Positions 7,719 to 16,395 of a stretch of DNA of 64,000 nt are shown one piece after another. The stretch's first letter is position 1; each line of letters starts with the position of its first letter. The notes below the pieces were generated by a model that did not search any database, was not told where the DNA came from, and saw only the letters and a program-made list of their open reading frames with translations. Source of the stretch: Candidatus Uhrbacteria bacterium (GTDB lineage Bacteria > Patescibacteriota > Patescibacteriia > 2-12-FULL-60-25); NCBI GenBank assembly GCA_030649995.1, contig JAUSEV010000034.1, forward strand, positions 19,482-83,481. Reading direction: 5' to 3'. Both the position numbers and the translations under genes were made by a program.

Positions 7719-7946
7719 TTATATCATATCTGAAAAATCTTGCGCGGAAATATTTGCCTCTCGCAAAATACTATGTAGCAATCCTCGTCCAATATCCTCG
7801 CCGCCATGTCTGGGCACCAACGTCGTTCGACCATCCGGATGTTTAAAAAAGATATGCGAACCCCTTGTTCTGATCTCCTCAAAACCTACACGTTTCAAAA
7901 CCCGTATGACATCCCTCGCCCGAACGGACGGGAGGCGCGGACTCAT
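7719..7946 (-). CDS. hicA: HicA-family toxin
   Basis: VIRVLKRVGFEEIRTRGSHIFFKHPDGRTTLVPRH matches the HicA/YcfA signature. 4-nt overlap with the upstream hicB. Confidence 0.8.
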   Translation of the reverse strand: MSPRLPSVRARDVIRVLKRVGFEEIRTRGSHIFFKHPDGRTTLVPRHGGEDIGRGLLHSILREANISAQDFSDMI

Positions 7947-8191
7947 ACCCGAACCGTTTCTACCCCGACAAACGTCGGCTCATAGGAAAAACCTCGAATC
8001 AAATTTTTATATTGACTATCCGTTTGCGCTACTTCTAAACAGAGAGCGATGGCTTCATGCAGTCTCTTTTGCAATTGCTCTAACGTCTTGGCTTGAGTAT
8101 GACAGCCGGGCAGACCTGGGACGGAGGCCATAAAAAATCCGTCTTCGTCGCGCTGGATAATCACCTTAAATTCTTTCATCTTTTTGGACAT
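7943..8191 (-). CDS. hicB: HicB-family antitoxin (UPF0150 fold); start uncertain
   Basis: FKVIIQRDEDGFFMASVPGLPGCHTQAKTLEQL is typical of the HicB N-domain. Confidence 0.7.
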   Translation of the reverse strand: MSKKMKEFKVIIQRDEDGFFMASVPGLPGCHTQAKTLEQLQKRLHEAIALCLEVAQTDSQYKNLIRGFSYEPTFVGVETVRV

Positions 8192-8250
8192 AGATTCTCT
8201 GAAGAGAGTACTCCCTAATCTTGGCTGGGTCAATTTTTTGAATGTACAAC

Positions 8251-10721
8251 TCACGTCGTGCGCGCCTCTGCGCCAAATTTTTCTTTCATCTGTTTCTTGA
8301 TCTGTTGCATGGCCTTGTCCACCTCTTCCGTTTCCAGCGTTCGCTCCGGTGATAAAAAGGTGAGATGAAACGCGAAGGATTTTTTATCCGCCGGGATTCC
8401 TTGTCCCGCATACGTATCAAACCATTCGACGTGATGGAGAAGCGGGCTGACCGCGTTCATGGCTTGCATCAACGTCTGAACTTCCAACTCGCGCGCGACG
8501 ATGAACGCCAAATCTCGCTTGGCTTCCGGATACAGCGGCAAAGGTTCGTACCGTTTTGCGGTGGTCGCCAGACGAAAAATATTTTCAAGCGGTAAATCAA
8601 TCATGGCGATTCGACCTTCGATTTTGAAACGCTCCGCAATCAACGGATGAACCTCACCCACCGTCCCCAATAAATGCTCTCCCAAAAACGCCTGCACCGT
8701 GCGCCCCGGATGCCAAAATTCGTCATCGATCAACGTCCGCCACGCAATTCTCGATTCTCCATTCTCTATTCTCAATTCTCGATACAAATATTCGACAAAC
8801 CCCTTCGCCTCGCGCCACGCTCGATCATCGCCCAAAAACGCCGCCCCAAGCTCCAACTGTTCATCCGGTAACTCTGTAAGCTGCAACCTGTCACCTGTAA
8901 CCTGTTTTGGATAGTACACGTGCGCGACTTCAAAAATCTTTTGTTGATGGAACCGTTCTTGATTTTCCGCCACGACTTGCAAAAGTGATGGCAAAAGCGT
9001 GGTGCGCATGAATGCAAAATCCGCGGTCAACGGATTGGCCACGCGCAACATATTTCTTGATTCATAGCCTGCCTTGGCTAACAATTCACTTGAAACAAAA
9101 GAATACGTGTACACCTCGGTGAGTCCGGCGCCTTTGGCAACGTGACGCGTGCGTTCTTCCCACACCAATTCAGGATCTCGATCACGCGTGGCCAATCCCA
9201 CGGGAAACACAGCCGGCAGATTCGCGTACCCGTGCACGCGCGCGATTTCTTCCACCAGATCGCGACCGGATTCGATATCGTGATCGCGCCAGTATGTGAC
9301 AGTAACTCGTAACTCGTAACTCGTTCGGAAAAACCCAGACGCTGTAGCGTGTCATACATTTCTTTGACAGGAAGTTCAACACCGATGAGGGCGTTCACTT
9401 CCGCGGTTTTGATGGAAAATTTCTTTGGCTGATATTTTTTTGTTTGAGAATCAAAAACCTTGCTCGCGACCTGACCGCCCGCAAGCTCCAAACACAGTTC
9501 AATGGCACGCGCGATGGCCAATGGCGGCGCTTCAGTCGAAAGTCCTTTTTCGAACAACGCTTGAGCGCCGGAATAGAGATTCAACTTTCGCGCGGTTCGA
9601 CGGATCGATACAGGATCAACGGTCGCGGCTTCAAACAAAATCGAGGTGGTATCCTTGGTGACCCCGGTCGCCTCCCCTCCCATCACTCCCACGATATCGA
9701 TCGGTTGACGTTCATCGGCAACGATCAACATCGTGTCATCCAGTTGATATTCCTTCCCATCCAACGCCAACATTTTTTCTCCCACTCGCGCTATTCTAAC
9801 TTCCAGTTTTGGCTGTGAGCTGTAAGCTGTAAGCTGTAAGCTGTCATACACGTGCATCGGTTGACCAATCTCGAGCATGACATAGTTCGTAATATCCACC
9901 ACGTTGTTGATCGGTCTAACGCCAGAAGAGATTAAGCGACGTTTGAGCCACCAAGGTGACGGTCCAACTTTGACGCCGTCGATTTGCACCGCCATGAAAC
10001 GCGGACAGAGGGTTTTGTCGGCGATGCGAACGGAAACCCCCGTCAAAGCTCCGACACGCTCGCTTTGACTCCCCCTTATCAGGGGGATATTCAAACTTCC
10101 TGCCCACAAAAATTTTCTCTTCAAAATCGCGGCCGCCTCGCGCGCCAACCCTGCGATACTCATCGCATCCGGACGGTTGGTCGTGACCTCCACATCCATC
10201 ACCACATCATCCGCCACACCAAGAAGATCTCCGAGCGGCATACCCGCCTTCAGTTTGGCTTCAGGTAAAGCTTTGTTCAAATCCAAAATCTCGCGCTCGA
10301 TATGTGGGAAAATATCAAAAAGGCCGATCTCATTTGCCGCGCAGATCATCCCCTCGCTTTTGATCCCACGAATTTCCGCCGATTTCAATTCGACCGGTTC
10401 TCCCTCGCCATGCCAACGCACCATGGCCCCGATCTTCGCGACGGCAACCCATTGATCAACCGCAAGATTTGATCCGCCGCAAACGATGGACAATGTTTTT
10501 CCTCCTACATCCACCAATGCCAATTTGAGCTTGTCTGCGTTTGGATGCGTCTTGATCTCGACCACACGACCCACGACAATCTGTCTCAGATGTTCCCCTT
10601 GCGGATATAAACGCTCTATCCCAGGCCCTGACAAAGAAATCCGCGATGCAAATTCCTCGGGCGTAATGCCTTTTAGATCCACATATTCTTTCAACCAGTT
10701 GTAGGAAGCGAGTAAGTTCAT
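8251..10721 (-). CDS. pheT: Phenylalanyl-tRNA synthetase beta subunit, reading frame broken at a heptamer tract (9301-9324)
   Basis: The N-terminal ~465 aa (tRNA-binding, B3/4 and B5 domains) lie in the frame of ORF 9078-10721. The remainder (TVTYWRDHDIESGRDLVEEIARVHGYANLP..) lies in the frame of ORF 8251-9255. The switch falls inside (GAGTTAC)x3. Confidence 0.9.
8747..8781. repeat. Heptamer tandem repeat (ATTCTCN)x5 inside the pheT CDS
   Basis: attctcg attctcc attctct attctca attctcg. Encodes RELRIENGESRI. Confidence 0.85.
8868..8905. repeat. 7-nt-periodic tract inside the pheT CDS
   Basis: gtaactc tgtaagc tgcaacc tgtcacc tgtaacc. Confidence 0.7.
9301..9324. repeat. Heptamer tandem repeat (GTAACTC)x3 at the pheT frameshift
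   Basis: Three perfect units. The two pheT reading frames meet here. Confidence 0.9.
9812..9846. repeat. Heptamer tandem repeat (GCTGTRA)x5 inside the pheT CDS
   Basis: gctgtga gctgtaa x3 gctgtca. Encodes LQLTAYSSQ. Confidence 0.85.
10070..10087. repeat. Short GC palindrome inside the pheT CDS
   Basis: TCCCCCTTATCAGGGGGA, translated as PLIRGS. Confidence 0.7.
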
Positions 10722-10724
10722 AGC

Positions 10725-11804
10725 TCAAAACTGCTGAAGGAAACGTAAATCATTTTTATACATCATGCGCAGATCATCCAACTTCATCCCCTCCTTCATC
10801 ATATAATTACGTTCAACACCCCATCCGAACGCGACTCCGGAATAGACGGATGAATCCACGCCTGCGGCTTTCAACACGTTGGGATGGAGCAGACCGCATC
10901 CACCAAGCTCCAACCATCCGCGCTTGCAGGTGCGACATTTTTCTTTTCCGATCATCCCCGTCCCTCCGCACACGCCGCACGACACATCCATTTCAAATGA
11001 CGGCTCTGTAAAACGAAAATGAAAAGGTCGAATGCGCACCTGACGCGTGGGACCAAAAAATTGTTTTACGAAATAATCCAAAATTCCAAGAAGATGCGTG
11101 ATGCCGACACCCTTGTCCACGTACACACCGTCGAACTGATGGAACATGGGCGTGTGCGTGATATCCATTTGTCGGCGATACGTTTTAGCGATGTTGATGG
11201 CGCGAATGGGAAATTTCTTTTCCGCTAAAATTCGGGCCGTGCCGCTCGTGGCATGCGGCGTCAAAATCATCTTGCCAAATTTCTTTGATTCCGGCGCGTC
11301 CATAAAAAACGTCTCCCACTCGTCGCGCGCCGGATGATCTTTTGGCATGTTAAGGGCTTCAAACGCATACCAATCCCATTCCACTTCCGGATAGCGCGTG
11401 CGCGTAAAACCGACGCGTTCAAAAATCTGCGTGATCTCCTCGATCGCCTGCGTCACCAAATGGAGATGTCCCTCGGGCGGACGGATCCCCGGTTCAGTCA
11501 CGTCTTCGGTTTGACCGGCGAGCGTCTGTTCGATATTTTCTCGACCCAATCTTTCTTTCGCCGCGTGAATTTTTTTCTCCGTCAAAATTTTTACTTCATT
11601 CGCCATGGCGCCGAGCTTGGGTCGGTCTTCGACCGATACCGTAGCCAATCCTTTCAAGATCGTCGTCAGCTCTCCCTTGCGCCCCAAAAATCGAATCTCA
11701 AGTGCTTCAATATCAACCAAAGTCTTAGCCTGCTTGATCGCTTGATCGGCGCTGATAGCCAATGTTTGAATTTGATCGGCGAGAGTCATAATGACATGAA
11801 TCAT
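10725..11804 (-). CDS. pheS: Phenylalanyl-tRNA synthetase alpha subunit
   Basis: Class II core motifs (HPARDEWETFF, FRFTEPSFEMD, GWGVERNYM). ATGA overlap with the tgt stop. Confidence 0.95.
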   Translation of the reverse strand: MIHVIMTLADQIQTLAISADQAIKQAKTLVDIEALEIRFLGRKGELTTILKGLATVSVEDRPKLGAMANEVKILTEKKIHAAKERLGRENIEQTLAGQTEDVTEPGIRPPEGHLHLVTQAIEEITQIFERVGFTRTRYPEVEWDWYAFEALNMPKDHPARDEWETFFMDAPESKKFGKMILTPHATSGTARILAEKKFPIRAINIAKTYRRQMDITHTPMFHQFDGVYVDKGVGITHLLGILDYFVKQFFGPTRQVRIRPFHFRFTEPSFEMDVSCGVCGGTGMIGKEKCRTCKRGWLELGGCGLLHPNVLKAAGVDSSVYSGVAFGWGVERNYMMKEGMKLDDLRMMYKNDLRFLQQF

Positions 11805-12868
11805 GAATCATGAATCGTCAAACGAATCTTCCGCATAAGCTCCAAATAAAATTTTACGTTGATGATCGTCGCTAACCGATACCCAAGCATTTCATCCACG
11901 GTAAACAGATGGCGGAGGTAGCCAAGAGAGACCTCGCCCATCCTCTCCTTCGTAAGGAGAGGGGTTTTTGAAAATTTCCATTTCTCATTTGTGATGTGAA
12001 TGGTTTCGTAAAAATCCGGTTTTGATAAATCGTCGTGAACAAAACGATACAGTTGGCCGTGGCGCGCATTCCGAGTCGGCAGCACGCAATCAAACATGTC
12101 AATCCCGCGTTTCACATATTCCACGATCTCGTGCGGTTGCGCGCCGCCCATAAAATAACGCGGCTTATCTTTCGGCAAAATCGGATCCAAATGGTCCAAC
12201 ATCTGACAAGCGTCTTGATGAGATTCGCCAACGGATAAACCGCCGATTGCGTACCCGTCAAATCCTATTTCCATCAATTCCCGCGCGCTCTGTTCCCGCA
12301 ATTTGATGTTTGTTCCTCCTTGCACAATGCCGAAAAGTTTGGCTTGGGGATTGATCGATCCTTCACGCGTTTCATCAAATCTTTTTTTTGATCGTCTTGC
12401 CCAATCCGTGGTTCTACGGCTTGCCTCCAGCAGCTCCTCCTGTGTCGCCGGTAATTTTGAACACACATCCAGCACCATGCAAATATCGCTGCCAATCACG
12501 CGCTGAATGTCCATGCACGCTTCCGGCGTCAAAAACATTTTAGCTCCATCAATGTGCGACTGAAACATGACCCCCTCATCCGAAAGTTTTCGCAAGCCCT
12601 CCAAACTGAAAACCTGAAACCCGCCCGAATCGGTCAAAATCGCGCCGGGCCAGTTCATAAATTGATGCAACCCGCCAAAAGATTTTAAAACTTCAAGCCC
12701 CGGCCTCAACCATAAATGATAAGCGTTCGCGAGGATGATCGGTGATCCCAACTCTTCCACATCAAAACTCGACAGCGTCTTGACCGCACCGCGCGTAGCA
12801 ATGGGCATGAAAAAAGGAGTTTCCAATGTCCCGTGCGCCGTCTCGAGAAGAGTTTGACGAGCGCCCAT
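11801..12868 (-). CDS. tgt: Queuine tRNA-ribosyltransferase
   Basis: LANAYHLWLRPG, ILTDSGGFQVFS and YAIGGLSVGE motifs. Confidence 0.95.
   Translation of the reverse strand: MGARQTLLETAHGTLETPFFMPIATRGAVKTLSSFDVEELGSPIILANAYHLWLRPGLEVLKSFGGLHQFMNWPGAILTDSGGFQVFSLEGLRKLSDEGVMFQSHIDGAKMFLTPEACMDIQRVIGSDICMVLDVCSKLPATQEELLEASRRTTDWARRSKKRFDETREGSINPQAKLFGIVQGGTNIKLREQSARELMEIGFDGYAIGGLSVGESHQDACQMLDHLDPILPKDKPRYFMGGAQPHEIVEYVKRGIDMFDCVLPTRNARHGQLYRFVHDDLSKPDFYETIHITNEKWKFSKTPLLTKERMGEVSLGYLRHLFTVDEMLGYRLATIINVKFYLELMRKIRLTIHDS
11942..11962. repeat. 21-nt palindrome CCTCTCCTTCGTAAGGAGAGG in frame in tgt
   Basis: Identical 21-mer also at 34510-34530. Encodes PLLTKERMGE. Confidence 0.85.
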
Positions 12869-12869
12869 A

Positions 12870-13559
12870 TTAATCCGCCAAGAGATCCGATCCCGTTTTC
12901 ACGCGCCGCCGGATCCAAGATGAGCGGCGAAGAAAAAAAGCCAAACCAAGGGACGCGGCGAGCAACACCGCAAATAATAACCATGTACGCGGGTTGGTGA
13001 TCGCTCCGCCCAGTACAACAAAAGTGATCGTTCCTGGCATGGATCCCAAACAGGTGGCTAACACAAACTCCCGAAACGACATCCGAGACATGCCACAACC
13101 GAAACTGACAATATCAAACGGAAAAAAAAGAAGACGCATCACCAGAACGGTGATAAATCCTTCGCGTTCCAAAATCTCGTCGTATTTTTTCATCCAGCCC
13201 TTCGCGTGTTCTTGAACAAAGTGATGACCGAAGTAACGGCCAAAATAAAAACTCACGACGGCGGCCGCGTTTAAGCCGATTAACACAAACAGGCTGCCAA
13301 GAAACGGACCGTACACGGCGCCGGAAATAATATCCAACCCGGCTTTGGAGAAAAAAATGATCGTGGAAGCAATATAAAGTCCGATGATCAACAATGGACC
13401 CAACCAACCGGCTTCCAAAACCTCGCGACGGATAAGAGCGGGAACTTGGCGCAAGGGAATCCCCGTGGCGTCGATCACAAGATACAGCCCTCCCACGCAA
13501 ACGATCCACAAAATGAGGAGCGCCCCTTTCAAAATATGCGCGCGATGCCGAATGTTCAT
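12870..13559 (-). CDS. TVP38/TMEM64 (DedA-superfamily) membrane protein
   Basis: Multi-TM protein with FFSKAGLDIISGAVYGPFLG and LRLLFFPFDIVSFGCGMS segments typical of the family. Confidence 0.65.
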   Translation of the reverse strand: MNIRHRAHILKGALLILWIVCVGGLYLVIDATGIPLRQVPALIRREVLEAGWLGPLLIIGLYIASTIIFFSKAGLDIISGAVYGPFLGSLFVLIGLNAAAVVSFYFGRYFGHHFVQEHAKGWMKKYDEILEREGFITVLVMRLLFFPFDIVSFGCGMSRMSFREFVLATCLGSMPGTITFVVLGGAITNPRTWLLFAVLLAASLGLAFFLRRSSWIRRRVKTGSDLLAD

Positions 13560-13590
13560 ATCATTTCCCCCTCTCCTTCATCCGCTTGGG

Positions 13591-13712
13591 CAGACACGGG
13601 TATAAAATTTTGCCGCGCCAAGTGTCTGAGATCCTTAATGCGCCAGCCTGCTTCCGACAGGAAGCAAAAAAGTGACCGAATTTTGGTGCAAAAAATTTCA
13701 TACCCGTGTCTG
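13591..13712. repeat. 13-bp inverted repeat pair flanking ~96 nt (MITE-like or long hairpin)
   Basis: CAGACACGGGTAT at 13591-13603 and ATACCCGTGTCTG at 13700-13712. Confidence 0.55.
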
Positions 13713-13713
13713 G

Positions 13714-15285
13714 CTATTGCAACTCCTCTTTTTTCTCCTTAATAAAGGAGAGCCATTCTTCCAAAATCGTCAAAAAAATCTTGAACGGCGTTTCAATGAT
13801 AAAATCAAAAAAGAAAATAAAAATGTTGAGGTGGGAAATGGTGGAAGAGAGCCATTGGCCCGCGCGCAAAATCGGAAAAGAGAAAAAGTCCAAAATGGCC
13901 GTCCGAAAACGATCCGCCCGATCCACCACCACATATTCTCGAGCGGCCAAACGCAAACGAAAAGCAAAAAAACTCACGATACACAAAAAGAAAATAAAAA
14001 TGGACGCGCTCACCCAAGTAAAATGAGAAGTCTTCAGAATAATAAAAATCAATCCAAAGGTGATCACGAACATGGCCGTATAGATGATGTTCAACAAAAA
14101 ACTCCCGAATCCCGCACGTGACTTTACTGGACGAATCTGTTTTCCCGGCGGCCCTTCCACCGACAACAGTTCATCCACCGCTTGTTTGAGCCGTATCACG
14201 TTTTCTTTGCCGGGAACGCGAATCATGGATCCAACAAAAAGCATCAATATCGGCGGAAACAACACGTTAATGGCGAGCGAAATATGATTGATTTCTTTAT
14301 ACAAAAACTGCTCAAACGGCACTTCAATCACCAAGGCTAACAAAATTTTCGTGATAAACAAATAAATGATGGCGCGTACGGTGCCGCGACGCAACTTGCC
14401 TTTTGAATCCTTATACCGTCGCTCGGCCATGCGACCGATTGTGGCATGCAATTCCTCGGGATGATTAAGGAGATGTTCCGCGTGATCCGGTTTTTCCATG
14501 AGCGCGTCTCGCAACATGCCGAGTGCCACCGCCCAGGGCTTTACCGCGTGCAAAAATTTTTGAGCCAATGGGTGCTTGAGCTGTCCGCGCACGATGACTT
14601 CCACCCCAATCATTTCTTGAGTCATGTCTCGAGGATCTTCCAGCCAATTTCCCGGTTGCATCCATGCCGTGTGATACGCGCGCACAAGCTTGTACGACAT
14701 CATTTCATCATCCGCTTTTGACAAAGATCGATGACAAGCCACATAAATTTGCCATCGACGCTCCGTCTCCTCCATCGACAAATCGCGCAAGGTGATGCGA
14801 TCTCCCAGTTGCTCAAAAAGAAAATTCACCAAGGCTTTTTCTTGAGCGTGACCGTCGAGCAATTCCTCCAGTTCGGCCGCCACAATACCCAAAAGCCAGG
14901 CGTAAAATTTTTCCGATCCGATGCGTGTCTTTTTAACGACCTGAAATTTTTTGATGACGAGCGCCGCCTCCCCGATCATCGATTCCGCCAAAACGCCGTT
15001 TGGCAAATACCGAGCCGCGATCAATTCACGAATTAAATTTGTGGCCACGAGAGCCGCGTCCGTTTCCAAATGAAGATGCCTTTTGAGAATGCGGACGATC
15101 GCCGCCTTACGCAACAAGTGGTCGTCTTTATAGTCAATGGCGTTTCGCATCTTTTCATAGAGAACCGCAAAACGACTCACCGTGGCATGCACCGTAATGC
15201 GAGAACCTTCCGGCGCTTCCGCCATTTTTTTTCTCTGCACGGCGCTCAAAATCTCTGCGATCTTTCCACGAGAAAAAGAAGTCAT
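13714..15285 (-). CDS. Hypothetical integral membrane protein (523 aa)
   Basis: Long ORF with an ATG start and GGAAGG RBS. Soluble N-terminal half, several C-terminal TM helices. Confidence 0.6.
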   Translation of the reverse strand: MTSFSRGKIAEILSAVQRKKMAEAPEGSRITVHATVSRFAVLYEKMRNAIDYKDDHLLRKAAIVRILKRHLHLETDAALVATNLIRELIAARYLPNGVLAESMIGEAALVIKKFQVVKKTRIGSEKFYAWLLGIVAAELEELLDGHAQEKALVNFLFEQLGDRITLRDLSMEETERRWQIYVACHRSLSKADDEMMSYKLVRAYHTAWMQPGNWLEDPRDMTQEMIGVEVIVRGQLKHPLAQKFLHAVKPWAVALGMLRDALMEKPDHAEHLLNHPEELHATIGRMAERRYKDSKGKLRRGTVRAIIYLFITKILLALVIEVPFEQFLYKEINHISLAINVLFPPILMLFVGSMIRVPGKENVIRLKQAVDELLSVEGPPGKQIRPVKSRAGFGSFLLNIIYTAMFVITFGLIFIILKTSHFTWVSASIFIFFLCIVSFFAFRLRLAAREYVVVDRADRFRTAILDFFSFPILRAGQWLSSTISHLNIFIFFFDFIIETPFKIFLTILEEWLSFIKEKKEELQ

Positions 15286-15373
15286 AGGATACCTTCCATG
15301 CTAACAGAAAAAGCTTTACGTGTCGATGGGTGATTTGTCAGACTAAATATAACCGAAAATTATTTCAAATTTA

Positions 15374-15742
15374 TCAAAATATTTCCGTGACGCGTTCAAG
15401 CGCCAAGCGGTCCATGTTACCATCATTGTAATTATCCATGTGGGTATTCATGCAAAGAAAAGCAATCTTCGCTCCCTGTACGGCAAACCACAAGCGCGGA
15501 AACTGATTCGGTCGCAGTCCTGACTTAACCAGCACAAGCTCCATCTTCCACATGGTTCATGTCGTATTTCGCGTCACTCGATGCAGTTTCGCTGGAGCGA
15601 TACATTGACTGGGATTTTCTGGATGAAATTGGCGATCACACAATTTTTCAAAAGCCTTAAAGCTCTCTTCGATCATTCGAACCTTCTTTGCCATTTTCCC
15701 GATTTCCTTCTCGAGGCTAGGATGGTAAAGAAACTGGATCAT
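15374..15742 (-). pseudogene. Putative toxin partner of the Panacea antitoxin, interrupted by one in-frame TGA (15559-15557)
   Basis: ..KLHRVTRNTT-TGA-TMWKMELVLVKSGLRPNQFPRLWFAV.. continues in the same frame for 60 more codons. ATGA overlap with the upstream gene. Confidence 0.45.
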
Positions 15743-16236
15743 ACCTCCACAAACTCGGTACCACGGTAGTAGGCTAATTCATAAGGGATTTTCTTTTGGA
15801 TGTCCGTAGCAACATAAGGGGCCTCCTGATGGCTTAATTCTTCCAACTGCTTCCCGGTCAAACCCCCATATTTTTTTGCGATCCGATCCAACATCAATTT
15901 TTCTTCACTCGAAAGGTGTGAGACTGAAGGATGTCTGGCTACGCAATGATAAATCTCAGTCGGCGCATACTCAGCACCAAATTCCTCAACGCTCTCAATC
16001 TTTAACTCACCATTTTTTTCCATGGAATGAATAACTTTCTCAAGTGATGTCGGAAATGGACCCATGGGAAGTGCATAATAAATATCGCCAGTAATAGGCT
16101 GACCATTTTTTTCGTAGTAATCAAAATCCGCGAAATAGAGAAGTTTCGCTAATTTTTTTTTGCCTTTAATCTCTCCATCCAACTGTTGGCAGAGATACAG
16201 AATGGCCTCCTGATATTTTTCCTTGTTGATAGGCAT
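15739..16236 (-). CDS. Panacea-domain (DUF4065, SocA/GepA-like) antitoxin
   Basis: KKLAKLLYFADFDYYEKNGQPITGDIYYALPMGPFP matches the DUF4065 signature. Confidence 0.65.
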   Translation of the reverse strand: MPINKEKYQEAILYLCQQLDGEIKGKKKLAKLLYFADFDYYEKNGQPITGDIYYALPMGPFPTSLEKVIHSMEKNGELKIESVEEFGAEYAPTEIYHCVARHPSVSHLSSEEKLMLDRIAKKYGGLTGKQLEELSHQEAPYVATDIQKKIPYELAYYRGTEFVEV

Positions 16237-16395
16237 AGCTGTGTCAAAAGGACTTGTGAGCACAGGAAAATCCTTTCAATCAGAAGTATACCAGCGATAG
16301 CAATTTTTGTCTGTTATTCAAATCCTTCAAATGAAGATGCATCTATTTAAGGGGTCATCTCTGTATAAGATAAAGACATGTAAGTCACACTTTAT

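Noticed and set aside
15557-15559. The in-frame TGA as evidence for an alternative genetic code (UGA read as Gly or Trp, as in Gracilibacteria/SR1 or Mycoplasma)
   Set aside because: All long housekeeping ORFs are intact under the standard code, and several genes (infC, tgt, the AI-2E transporter) terminate with TGA at the expected protein ends. This is a single event, so a nonsense mutation or local readthrough is more likely.
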